Shown one piece after another: positions 18,273-26,533 of a stretch of 29,613 nt of DNA. Under the pieces are notes generated by a model, which did no database searches, was not told where the DNA came from, and saw only the letters and a program-made list of their open reading frames with translations. Source of the stretch: Gammaproteobacteria bacterium (GTDB lineage Bacteria > Pseudomonadota > Gammaproteobacteria > JBPCXK01); the NCBI GenBank assembly GCA_051008635.1, contig JBPCXK010000123.1, positions 1 to 29,613 on the forward strand, in the 5' to 3' direction. How positions within the stretch are numbered: the stretch's first letter is position 1; every line of letters begins with the position of its first letter. The translations under genes were made by a program, and so were the position numbers.

Positions 18273-18493
18273 TTTTCTTGATCAGGCCAGTGGCTTACCA
18301 AGCCTGTTCCTCCCGTTGGAAACTATGGCCCAAAGCCTTGACTATTTGTTGTAGCGCTTCGGCCGATTGCTGAAACTCACGACGGAAGCAGCGCAATAAA
18401 GCAAATTATAGCGCAATTTTGCTACAAGGGGCTTTGGAACTGAGTGATTGTGAGGCGGTTAAGGGAGTGTCGTTAAACGCGAATGCAGGCGCA

Positions 18494-18580
18494 TTGGCAC
18501 TAAGCGCAGCGCATCCCCAACGTGCGATGGCCTCTACGGGCAGCGGCCTGTTGGGCTTCGCTGCGCTCAGCCCAACCTAC
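18494..18580. repeat. Inverted REP pair (BIME/REPIN-like)
   Basis: Degenerate forward copy TTGGCACTAAGCGCAGCGCATCCCCAAC (18494-18521) and an intact reverse copy GTTGGGCTTCGCTGCGCTCAGCCCAAC-CTAC (18550-18580). Confidence 0.75.
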
Positions 18581-18766
18581 AAACCACGAGTTTTGCGACA
18601 CGCTGCAGCCGCTCCCGTGATCTGAGGCTGGACGGATGAGCTTGTTCTTTTTTTCGGCTAAACATGCAACCATGGATCTCGGGCAGCAACGCATGCGATG
18701 TATCCAAAGCAGCCTGCAGTAACCCAGCCGGCATACGCTTATGCTGATCAACGGAAGTATCGACAT

Positions 18767-19618
18767 ATGGCAGAAAAGACAGTAGAAGATGTCAGAGAGT
18801 TCTGGGAATCAAACCCGCTGTTCAGCGGCGAATCTGTACACGAGACCGGTTCAAAGGAATTCTTTGAAGACCAGCTCGCCACAGTGGTCAAGGACGTATT
18901 TGCCGGGAAAATCAATGACGAGATTTTCCCTTCGTCCGATACCAACCAGAACGTCCTGGACCTCGGCTGCGGCCCGGGGCTGTGGACCGTCGAGCTTGCC
19001 CGCCGCGGCGCGCAACGCATCACGGCGGCTGATCTCACGGACAAGGCAATCGAGCTGACCAGAAAGAGGGCGTCGCTCTACGGAATCGATGTCGAAACAA
19101 GCGTCCAGAACGCCGAGCAAATGACTTTCGAGGATAATACGTTCTCGCACGTCAATTGCCAGGGCGTAATTCACCATACGCCGGACACTGAAGCCTGCGT
19201 GAGGGAAATTTCTCGTGTGCTGCAGCCGCAGGGCACCGCCCTTGTTACGGTCTATTACAAAAATATCTTTCTCAGATATTGGCCATTACTGAAATACCTG
19301 GGGAAGGGGCTGTCGAAACTGGGAGCCGGAATGAAAGGGCGCGGAAGGGAAGGTATATATGCCGCCGATGGCGTCGACGACGTGGTCCGGCTCTACGACG
19401 GGGAGGATAATCCGATAGGTAAGGCGTATTCGGCTCGGGAATTCGAGGAAATGCTGGCGCCCCATCTGACCGTAGGGCAGACGTTTCTGCACTTTTTTCC
19501 AGCTCGAACCCTGCCCTTCCCGATACCGCGCTTTTTACATTCGCTACTGAATAGAAGAGCCGGGTTTATGATTGGCGCCAGGTGTAGAAAGCCGCCGGTC
19601 AACGACGATTCTCTATGA
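18767..19618 (+). CDS. Class I SAM-dependent methyltransferase (type B, copy 2)
   Basis: VLDLGCGPG, NAEQM, GVIHHTPD and RVLQPQG. Start placed at ATG 18767; the ORF is open from 18698. Confidence 0.9.
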   Translation: MAEKTVEDVREFWESNPLFSGESVHETGSKEFFEDQLATVVKDVFAGKINDEIFPSSDTNQNVLDLGCGPGLWTVELARRGAQRITAADLTDKAIELTRKRASLYGIDVETSVQNAEQMTFEDNTFSHVNCQGVIHHTPDTEACVREISRVLQPQGTALVTVYYKNIFLRYWPLLKYLGKGLSKLGAGMKGRGREGIYAADGVDDVVRLYDGEDNPIGKAYSAREFEEMLAPHLTVGQTFLHFFPARTLPFPIPRFLHSLLNRRAGFMIGARCRKPPVNDDSL

Positions 19619-19632
19619 CGAGGTGGCGAGGC

Positions 19633-20418
19633 TCACGGCCGCCTGTACATGAACGAGATAATCGCGTTGATGTCGATAATAGGCAGACGAAACGGATGAA
19701 ACCAGACGCCCACGGGTTCCAAATGCGCTGTCAGGAAGTTCAATACGTCTGAAGCGTAGTTCACATGTTCCCAACAAATGACCTTATCGTAGTCTATTCC
19801 GAGGCGGCCGTAAGCCATTCGTCGAGTAGTCAGGAATCGCCCGACACCCCAGGCGAGGCCGCCCTCGGCTGGGATCCCTCCAATTAAGGCGCCTCCCCGC
19901 TTAAGCAGATCGAACGTCGGCGACAACGCCTCCTCGAGTGGATGTATATGCTCGAACGCATAGAAGGAAACCATAACATCGAAAGCTTCCCGGCTGCTCA
20001 TGAGCTGTTCATGCGCCGGCGTGCCGACGACGACACTGTCGCAATCGACGCCCATACCACTTAGCTGTCGAGCAGCAGTCTCAGTGAACTGTTGCTCGAC
20101 ATCGACGACAGTGTAGCTTGCCGGCTTCCCTTTCCAATGGCGCATGTGTTCGATCTGACCGGGACCAATCTCGATGACGTGCTTCCCTGTCAAATCAAGC
20201 CTCGACATCACCGAATAACCCCACTCATTGGACAACGCGCCGACGGACTGCTTTTGCGTTTCGTAGTAGACGTCAACGAACGCCCGCTTCCACGCCTCCC
20301 AGTCCTTGTCGCCCGGGATCGGGATTTTGCCGTAGCGTGCTCTGTCGCCAAACAAGGGAACAGAGAGCACATTGGGCAGTCGATGGCCAAATGACTTGTA
20401 CCTGAGCATGACGGTCAA
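19633..20418 (-). CDS. Class I SAM-dependent methyltransferase (type A, copy 2)
   Basis: VIEIGPG, YAFEH, GIPAEGGLAWG and WEHVN. TTG start overlaps the upstream stop; alternative ATG at 20409. Confidence 0.85.
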   Translation of the reverse strand: MTVMLRYKSFGHRLPNVLSVPLFGDRARYGKIPIPGDKDWEAWKRAFVDVYYETQKQSVGALSNEWGYSVMSRLDLTGKHVIEIGPGQIEHMRHWKGKPASYTVVDVEQQFTETAARQLSGMGVDCDSVVVGTPAHEQLMSSREAFDVMVSFYAFEHIHPLEEALSPTFDLLKRGGALIGGIPAEGGLAWGVGRFLTTRRMAYGRLGIDYDKVICWEHVNYASDVLNFLTAHLEPVGVWFHPFRLPIIDINAIISFMYRRP

Positions 20419-23108
20419 TGCTTTCGGTTAACAACCGAAAACGATCGAACTCTGAACCAGAGCCCGGTCTGCGAGAGGCTGCCCTCATCTACGACTTCAA
20501 GAGTTGCTCGTATACACATGTCTTCTTGCGCCGGTTCCGCAGCGACAGTACTCACGAAGCGAACAGGAAGGACTATGCTTGGATCTATACCCGGCCTGCG
20601 CTCACATCCTCCTACCGGCGTCAACCACGCGATGTGATAGGGTGGAAGCTTACGATCCAACGCACTTTGCGAGACACCTGGATCACCGAGGCCGTAGCTC
20701 GGGGGGTACATGCCAGCCCGAAGCAGGAGAAACGCCTGCAAAGTGTCACCGATCGAGACTTTCATTTCACGGCCGTCGGCGAAGTGAAGCTCACCACCCC
20801 GCCCGACTACGACAGGAATCGTCGGCGTTTGTGAGACAGGCTGCCCTGCAGACTGATGATAAGTTCCTTCGAGCACTCGCTGTATATGGTGCCGACCGTA
20901 ACTGACATGAGCCCCATAGCTGGCCGCCGCCAGCAGGACCAACCCCAGCGCAGCACGTGAGGGTGAGATTGCGGGCCGAAAAGCGATCATCGGAGCATTG
21001 GCGGGACTTGTTGAGGCAACAGCCTTCAGCCCGGACAACGCGACCAGTAGATGGATCAGCAGCACTGGATAGCACAGTCGCGGCTCGCCAAAGCCCGCAA
21101 AAACAATGATGACTACATTACTCACAATCAATGCCACGAGAAAGTAGATTTCTCGGGATCGGACGGCGAGGATCAACCCCAAGGCTGACGCGAGAAGAAC
21201 GGGCCAGTACAGACTAGCGCCATGAAGATAAGTGTACAACTCAGATGGATTTCTGAGGTTTGGGGGCTTGGGTCCATCCGTCGCCCATATACCAGCAGGG
21301 GCCAGACCGTAGAACGCCAGAAATCGCCATTTGACGGCTTCGATAAACCAAGTTGGATCTGAAGACAGTCGCTGGAGAAAATATTCTCGTTGCTTTCTGT
21401 CGCGCTCCGCTGCGTCTGGATACCTGCGAAGCCATTCGCTGGATATCTCCCGGAAGTTGTCGCCATACCGAAGGCCATAGAATCCGATTCGCGGATCGTT
21501 GAGAACAGCCAAACCCTCGCCGGCCTGTGTAGTTCCGGGTGAGAGTCGACCTTCCACGACATGGTTCCTCAACGTCCAGGGCATGATGCCGATCACAAGC
21601 AGAATCGCCCCAAATACCAGGCCGTGTCTCAATCGATCACGCCACCGCGCGCAGCGCGGAACCAACACCGCCAGGCCGAGTGCCGCACAGTAGAAAGCGG
21701 CCTGTAGCCGGAAATTGAGCACCAACGCGGCCACCAGGCCGAGCCAGATAACGTGGCGATAGTCAGGCTGCCGCAAATAGGCGATCGCAGCGAACAGCGA
21801 AGCGGCAAACACGGGGATATACCAGTTTTCTATTTGGGTGTACGAAACGGCATAGTGGAACTGGAAGTAGAACGCGACCACGACACCTGCCAAAGCACTG
21901 AGCAATCGCGATCCGGTCGCAAGCATCACGGCAAGGATCATTACGGTTGGCGTCGCGATCGCCATCAGCACGTTGATGATTTGCTGGGCTCTCCAGTCAT
22001 GGCCGAATATCCAGTAGAAGAAAGCCATGCCGTACTGGTAGGCGGGCATGTAATAGCTACTGCCCTGAGGCGACGAAGAGTTCGCGATCGCGTGGGCGAT
22101 CTCATCGTAAGTGTTCGAATCGTACCAACCTGACTGATTCCAATGCTCGACGACACCCGGGAGGACATTGATCAGTGTCAAAGCGACGGCAAACACGATG
22201 AGCACACGCACACCGATTCGCATCTCCGCCCACCGCAGTAACTGCTGGGTGCCGGAGTTTTTACCGGTATTGTGCAGATACGCAAAAACAAGTCCCGCCA
22301 GCATCCCGAGGATCAGCGGCGCAGAACTATCCCAGAACCCTACTATCGGCAGACCACAGAGGAATACAATCAACAGACCGGCCAGGTTGCGAATCGCTCC
22401 CGTCCATCGCCATTTCGCGAAGAGCCCGACATGTACACTTCCGACAAACGCCAGGATGAAAGCAGCAGGATCATTTATGAACTCCTTCACACTACTCAAC
22501 GAAGAAACCGCATGATCCTTCGACAGGAGAAGGGGTAACAACACGAGCACGGACAAAACGACGGCCCAAACGAACGCGCCGTGCCTCGACTGGTTGATTG
22601 TCCATGACTCGGCGCTCAAGTAACGGCGTAGCCCGCCCATCCTGTACACGCCGTAGACACCGGCAAGAATGCTGAGCACTATAGCCCCCAGCACGAGGGC
22701 GGCATTCAGTCTAAACTTCAATTGCGCACTATAGGTGTGAGCGTTGTCGATCGGGTTAGAGCCATCCCGAGAGGAGAAGTACAGCCAGTTTCGATAGTGA
22801 GAAAACCGCCCACGCCCATGATCGATAATTTCCTGATGGAGTGTGTGTGGCGGCCAAAGCGGATAACCGTTCTCGTAGACAACAGCGGACGACCGTCTGG
22901 GATGCTCATTCGTATCCGCATAGAGGGTGAGCAGTCGGTTACTGGCGGCGACCTCGTACATGACCATGTGCCCGCCAGCGGAATGAAGTGCCGACTGGTC
23001 TATGTGGAGATGGCGAACGATGCGGAGTTGCCCCGCGGCGGCCAGGATCAGCGCACAAACAATAGCAGCGCGAACTAACCAGATATATCTCGGGTTGGAA
23101 TGCATCAT
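20415..23108 (-). CDS. Large ArnT/PMT-like GT-C glycosyltransferase with extra N- and C-terminal extracytoplasmic domains
   Basis: Start placed at ATG 23108, just before the first TM helix. WYDSNTYDEIA...PAYQYGMAFFYWIFG, TQIENW, FRLQ and PWTLRNH...G motifs are typical of GT-C/ArnT-like proteins. Confidence 0.75.
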   Translation of the reverse strand: MMHSNPRYIWLVRAAIVCALILAAAGQLRIVRHLHIDQSALHSAGGHMVMYEVAASNRLLTLYADTNEHPRRSSAVVYENGYPLWPPHTLHQEIIDHGRGRFSHYRNWLYFSSRDGSNPIDNAHTYSAQLKFRLNAALVLGAIVLSILAGVYGVYRMGGLRRYLSAESWTINQSRHGAFVWAVVLSVLVLLPLLLSKDHAVSSLSSVKEFINDPAAFILAFVGSVHVGLFAKWRWTGAIRNLAGLLIVFLCGLPIVGFWDSSAPLILGMLAGLVFAYLHNTGKNSGTQQLLRWAEMRIGVRVLIVFAVALTLINVLPGVVEHWNQSGWYDSNTYDEIAHAIANSSSPQGSSYYMPAYQYGMAFFYWIFGHDWRAQQIINVLMAIATPTVMILAVMLATGSRLLSALAGVVVAFYFQFHYAVSYTQIENWYIPVFAASLFAAIAYLRQPDYRHVIWLGLVAALVLNFRLQAAFYCAALGLAVLVPRCARWRDRLRHGLVFGAILLVIGIMPWTLRNHVVEGRLSPGTTQAGEGLAVLNDPRIGFYGLRYGDNFREISSEWLRRYPDAAERDRKQREYFLQRLSSDPTWFIEAVKWRFLAFYGLAPAGIWATDGPKPPNLRNPSELYTYLHGASLYWPVLLASALGLILAVRSREIYFLVALIVSNVVIIVFAGFGEPRLCYPVLLIHLLVALSGLKAVASTSPANAPMIAFRPAISPSRAALGLVLLAAASYGAHVSYGRHHIQRVLEGTYHQSAGQPVSQTPTIPVVVGRGGELHFADGREMKVSIGDTLQAFLLLRAGMYPPSYGLGDPGVSQSALDRKLPPYHIAWLTPVGGCERRPGIDPSIVLPVRFVSTVAAEPAQEDMCIRATLEVVDEGSLSQTGLWFRVRSFSVVNRKH

Positions 23109-23249
23109 AGCTTGGGGGGCCTCTGACCTTCTCATGAGGCAGGACGGCAAATGCTTTTTTCCGCAATCATACCGGCATTCAGGAACCAGTACAAAGTACT
23201 CACCAGTACCAGCATAAACAAAAACGTTACGCTGAGGTATCGGCTCATA

Positions 23250-23280
23250 TTGACACAAACTCCTGATTTACCGCTACAAT
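23250..23280 (+). promoter_or_regulatory. Candidate sigma70 promoter for the GT2 operon
   Basis: TTGACA (23250-23255) and TACAAT (23275-23280) with a 19-nt spacer (longer than optimal), 30 nt before GTG 23311. Confidence 0.35.
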
Positions 23281-23310
23281 TGCTCGACCAGAACAATGTA
23301 GAAAAATCCC

Positions 23311-24249
23311 GTGCCCACCGCCGTCGTTGTCATACCCACGAAGAACGAAGAGCAAACCATATCGGATGTGATATCCGATGTACGTGGTGCGTTTGACACC
23401 CTGCACTACGACCGCGTCGAGATCGTAGTGACCGATGACTCCACCGACCGGACCCGAGGCATCGCAAAAGAACTCGGAGCCCGTGTCGTCAACGGTGGCG
23501 GCGAAGGCCTGGGCACCGCAATGTATCGCGGTTTGAAGGCGTCACTGAAACTCAATCCCGATGTGATAGTGAGTATTGACGGCGACGGTCAAACTAACGC
23601 CAGGGCGGAAATAGCGAGTTTTCTTGCGCCGATAGAGCAAGGCGATGCTGATTTGGTGTTGGGCTCGCGGTTTCAAAAGCAAGCGCTCGTCGAATACCGG
23701 TATCGGCCGGTGAATCGTTTTGGGACCGCAGTGCTTACCTGGATCCTACGAAGAATGACCAGCCTGAAGCTCACGGACAGTCATGGCGGCATTCGCGCGA
23801 TGGCGCCCGAGGTTGTCAGAGAGCTCCAGATTCTGGGGACGCACACTTACGTTCAGGAAACCATTGTGGATGCTTCAGAAAAAGGGTTTCGCATCGTCGA
23901 GCTTCCCAGTGTCTGGAAAAAACGCGAGTTTGGGAAATCACGTGTCGTTGGAAGCATTCCCAGATACATCGCCTATACACTTCCGGTTCTGCTGCTGCGG
24001 TCGGGCCAGCATATCCGCGCACTGTACACCTGCGGTGGGGCGCTGGTGCTCGGCGCTTTCCTGGTGTTCGTAACCGTTCTCGTCCAGGAGGGCTTAACGC
24101 TCGCGCTCGGTCATCGGACACCCGCGTTTATCCTGATCGCGCTGATGATCATGGCCGGGCTTCAGATGGTTTTCTTTGGTTTCAGCTTCCAGTTGCTCAA
24201 ACAGATGAAGCGATCGCTTGATCGTATCGAGCACAATGAACATCCGTGA
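23311..24249 (+). CDS. GT2 polyprenyl-phosphate glycosyltransferase (DPM1-like)
   Basis: VIPTKNEE, TDDSTD, IDGDGQ, GSRF and two C-terminal TM helices. Confidence 0.88.
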   Translation: MPTAVVVIPTKNEEQTISDVISDVRGAFDTLHYDRVEIVVTDDSTDRTRGIAKELGARVVNGGGEGLGTAMYRGLKASLKLNPDVIVSIDGDGQTNARAEIASFLAPIEQGDADLVLGSRFQKQALVEYRYRPVNRFGTAVLTWILRRMTSLKLTDSHGGIRAMAPEVVRELQILGTHTYVQETIVDASEKGFRIVELPSVWKKREFGKSRVVGSIPRYIAYTLPVLLLRSGQHIRALYTCGGALVLGAFLVFVTVLVQEGLTLALGHRTPAFILIALMIMAGLQMVFFGFSFQLLKQMKRSLDRIEHNEHP

Positions 24250-24282
24250 ACACGCACCACCAAACTCCCTCATGAGAGCACT

Positions 24283-25326
24283 ATGAATAATCCGGAGCCT
24301 TTGCGCACGGCGGTAGTGGGGATGGGTAAACTTGGCCTGCTCCACGCCGCAACTCTTAATGTTCTGCCTGCGTGCAGGCTTGTTGCAGTTGCAGATCCAT
24401 CAGATCAGGTGGTCAAGGCCTTCAGGTCAAAAAAGAAAGACGTGGCGACCTTCAGAGATCACCAGTCGCTTTTGGGGGAAGTGGGGCCCGACGTCGTCGC
24501 GGTCACCACACCTACCGGCCTTCATTGCCAAGTCGCGTCGGACTGCATCGATGCCAACGCGCACGTGTTCATCGAAAAGCCGCTCTGTCTGGTTCCGGAA
24601 GATGCAGAACCACTGTTGTCATCTCTGAGACAGAACCCGCGAGTCGCCATGGTCGGGTACATGACTCGCTTCCTGCCTACCTTCGAAAAAGCAAAAGAGA
24701 TCGTGGACCGGGGCATTCTCGGCAAACTACAGATGCTGAGATCGAGCATGTACGTGGAACAACTGTTCAGAAAGGGCAAAGGCTGGCGCTACGACCCGGC
24801 TGTCTCGGGAGGGGGTGTTCTCATGACGCAAAATTGCCATTTGATTGACATGTTGCTCTGGATGTTCGGCAAAGTCAGGCAGGTCAACGCGAATGTCTCT
24901 CAACTTTATTCGAGCGAAGTCGAAGATCACGCTCACGTCTTTTTCGACTTCGAAAGTGGGTTGAAAGGATTCTTCGACGCGTCCTGGTCGACGAGGCACT
25001 ACCGCACTCCGACGATGCGCATTCACGTTCAGGGTGAACGGGGAACGCTGGATGTTGACGACGACCAGGTATCGATGTTTCTGACTGAGGATTTTGAAGA
25101 AATGACACAGGGATGGCGCCGATGGAGAAAACCCGACCTTTACGACGGCGTGGCCTTCGACATCGGTGGTGAGAACTACACGAAACAGGCGATGGAGTTC
25201 ATCGCTGCAATCCGGGGAGAAGGTAATATCGGATCAGATATCGACTCGGCGTTGCGGGTACAAAGAGTCATTACAGCCGCTTACGAATCCGCGAAAGCCG
25301 GCGGCGCCCCGGTAACGCCGGAATGA
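24283..25326 (+). CDS. Gfo/Idh/MocA-family NAD(P)-dependent oxidoreductase
   Basis: VVGMGKLG, HVFIEKP, VGYMTRF and GGGVLMTQNCHLID. Confidence 0.93.
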   Translation: MNNPEPLRTAVVGMGKLGLLHAATLNVLPACRLVAVADPSDQVVKAFRSKKKDVATFRDHQSLLGEVGPDVVAVTTPTGLHCQVASDCIDANAHVFIEKPLCLVPEDAEPLLSSLRQNPRVAMVGYMTRFLPTFEKAKEIVDRGILGKLQMLRSSMYVEQLFRKGKGWRYDPAVSGGGVLMTQNCHLIDMLLWMFGKVRQVNANVSQLYSSEVEDHAHVFFDFESGLKGFFDASWSTRHYRTPTMRIHVQGERGTLDVDDDQVSMFLTEDFEEMTQGWRRWRKPDLYDGVAFDIGGENYTKQAMEFIAAIRGEGNIGSDIDSALRVQRVITAAYESAKAGGAPVTPE

Positions 25327-26255
25327 CCATGAGAAACGAAGCACTGGTCCCGGTCATCCTCGGACACAACGCTTTTTTCGGCGTCGATCATCTGTCTGCC
25401 GAACGTGGCTCTGAACGGGCAGCGCACTTTGCCGATAGCACGAAGATACTCGACGTCATCCACCTGGCTCGGACACACGGGGTCGGCGGGATGATGATGT
25501 CGACTCATGAGCGGGCTTACGACATTGCCGATGCGATCAGAGCAGACAAGACCCTGAGGGAGGGCCTGAGAATCTACCCGCTTTTACCCTACGCTCAGAA
25601 ATACGTAACCAGAGCCAACGAGGTCGGCATGGTGAATGTGGTGCTGGAGATGCTGTCCGGAACATCGTTGTCCGGCAAGTTGAATTTACTCTGGGCCGGC
25701 TCCAAAGCAACATTGGGCAAGGATCTCAACGCTGCTTTGTCGGCGCTCATGCGAATCGAGCTCAAGGCGTTCAAAAATCTGGATGTGGGCGCGGTTTTTC
25801 TGCATGACCTGTTTACGGATCTTGCTTTGGCCTTCGAGCTTCCGGAAATCTTCGAGTTCTATTGCAAGGAGGTTCCAAAAATCTGCGGGGGAGTCGGAGC
25901 CTTCGCAAGCAAGAACCTGCCGACCTTTCTCCACAAGTTCGCCGAATGGGGGCTGGAATCGCCGCTGGTGATGGCGCATTTCAACAAAACGGGGTTCCAG
26001 ATGAACCCCGGCCGGGCTGAATGCGAACAGGCAGCTTCCGAGCACGAGGCCTCGATTCTTGCGATGGGGCCGTTGGCTGCCGGGTATCTAAAGCCGAAAG
26101 ATGCATTCAGCTACCTCGCAACGGTAAAAAATATCGAAGGCGTGGTAGTGGGCATGTCCCGCCCGAGGCACATAGAAGAAACCATGGTGGCGATCCGTGA
26201 GCATTTGTTTTCGCAAGCTCCTGCCCCGCGTGTCGTGCAGGCAGAAAGCACTTAA
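25323..26255 (+). CDS. Uncharacterised protein, probable aldo/keto-reductase-like TIM barrel
   Basis: ATGA-coupled to the oxidoreductase. ILGHNAFFG, FNKTG, LAMGPLAAG and VVVGMS...HIEET echo AKR motifs; no clear DTA..Y catalytic motif. Confidence 0.55.
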   Translation: MTMRNEALVPVILGHNAFFGVDHLSAERGSERAAHFADSTKILDVIHLARTHGVGGMMMSTHERAYDIADAIRADKTLREGLRIYPLLPYAQKYVTRANEVGMVNVVLEMLSGTSLSGKLNLLWAGSKATLGKDLNAALSALMRIELKAFKNLDVGAVFLHDLFTDLALAFELPEIFEFYCKEVPKICGGVGAFASKNLPTFLHKFAEWGLESPLVMAHFNKTGFQMNPGRAECEQAASEHEASILAMGPLAAGYLKPKDAFSYLATVKNIEGVVVGMSRPRHIEETMVAIREHLFSQAPAPRVVQAEST

Positions 26256-26291
26256 TCGGTGCCCGTGCGGCAGCAAGTTGCCGGTTCCGCT

Positions 26292-26375
26292 GTAAGGCGC
26301 AATAGCGATAGCGTATTGCGCCGGAACGCAGCGTGGCGGTCGTTCGGTGCAATACGCTTCGCTATTGCACCCAGC
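26292..26375. repeat. Inverted REP pair, second REP family
   Basis: GTAA-GGCGCAATA-GCGATAGCG-TATTGCGCC (26292-26322) and GGTGCAATA-CGCTTCGC-TATTGCACC (from 26346); both have perfect 9-bp stems. Confidence 0.8.
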
Positions 26376-26437
26376 GCGTTTTCGCGATTTCCGATGGTTT
26401 TGGAGGTAAGTGCAGCGGGTTCTGCAAGCAATGGTCC

Positions 26438-26469
26438 GTTGGGCTTCGCTGCGCTCAGCGCCAACCTAC
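26438..26469 (-). repeat. GTAG-type REP
   Basis: GTTGGGCTTCGCTGCGCTCAGCGCCAAC-CTAC, one nucleotide longer than the 18550 copy. Confidence 0.8.
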
Positions 26470-26533
26470 GTTTTACAACACTCGCTGAAGCTGCTCCCAC
26501 AAGCGGGCAAAGACTCACTCAGAGCCCTGCTTA

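Noticed and set aside
18280-18420. Possible C-terminal gene remnant on the minus strand upstream of the inverted GT4
   Set aside because: Short frame ending in a stop, but no recognisable homology by eye.
10081-26469. CRISPR array from the roughly 31-nt palindromic repeats
   Set aside because: Copies are dispersed over kilobases and in both orientations, with no regular spacers and no cas genes; they fit REPs.
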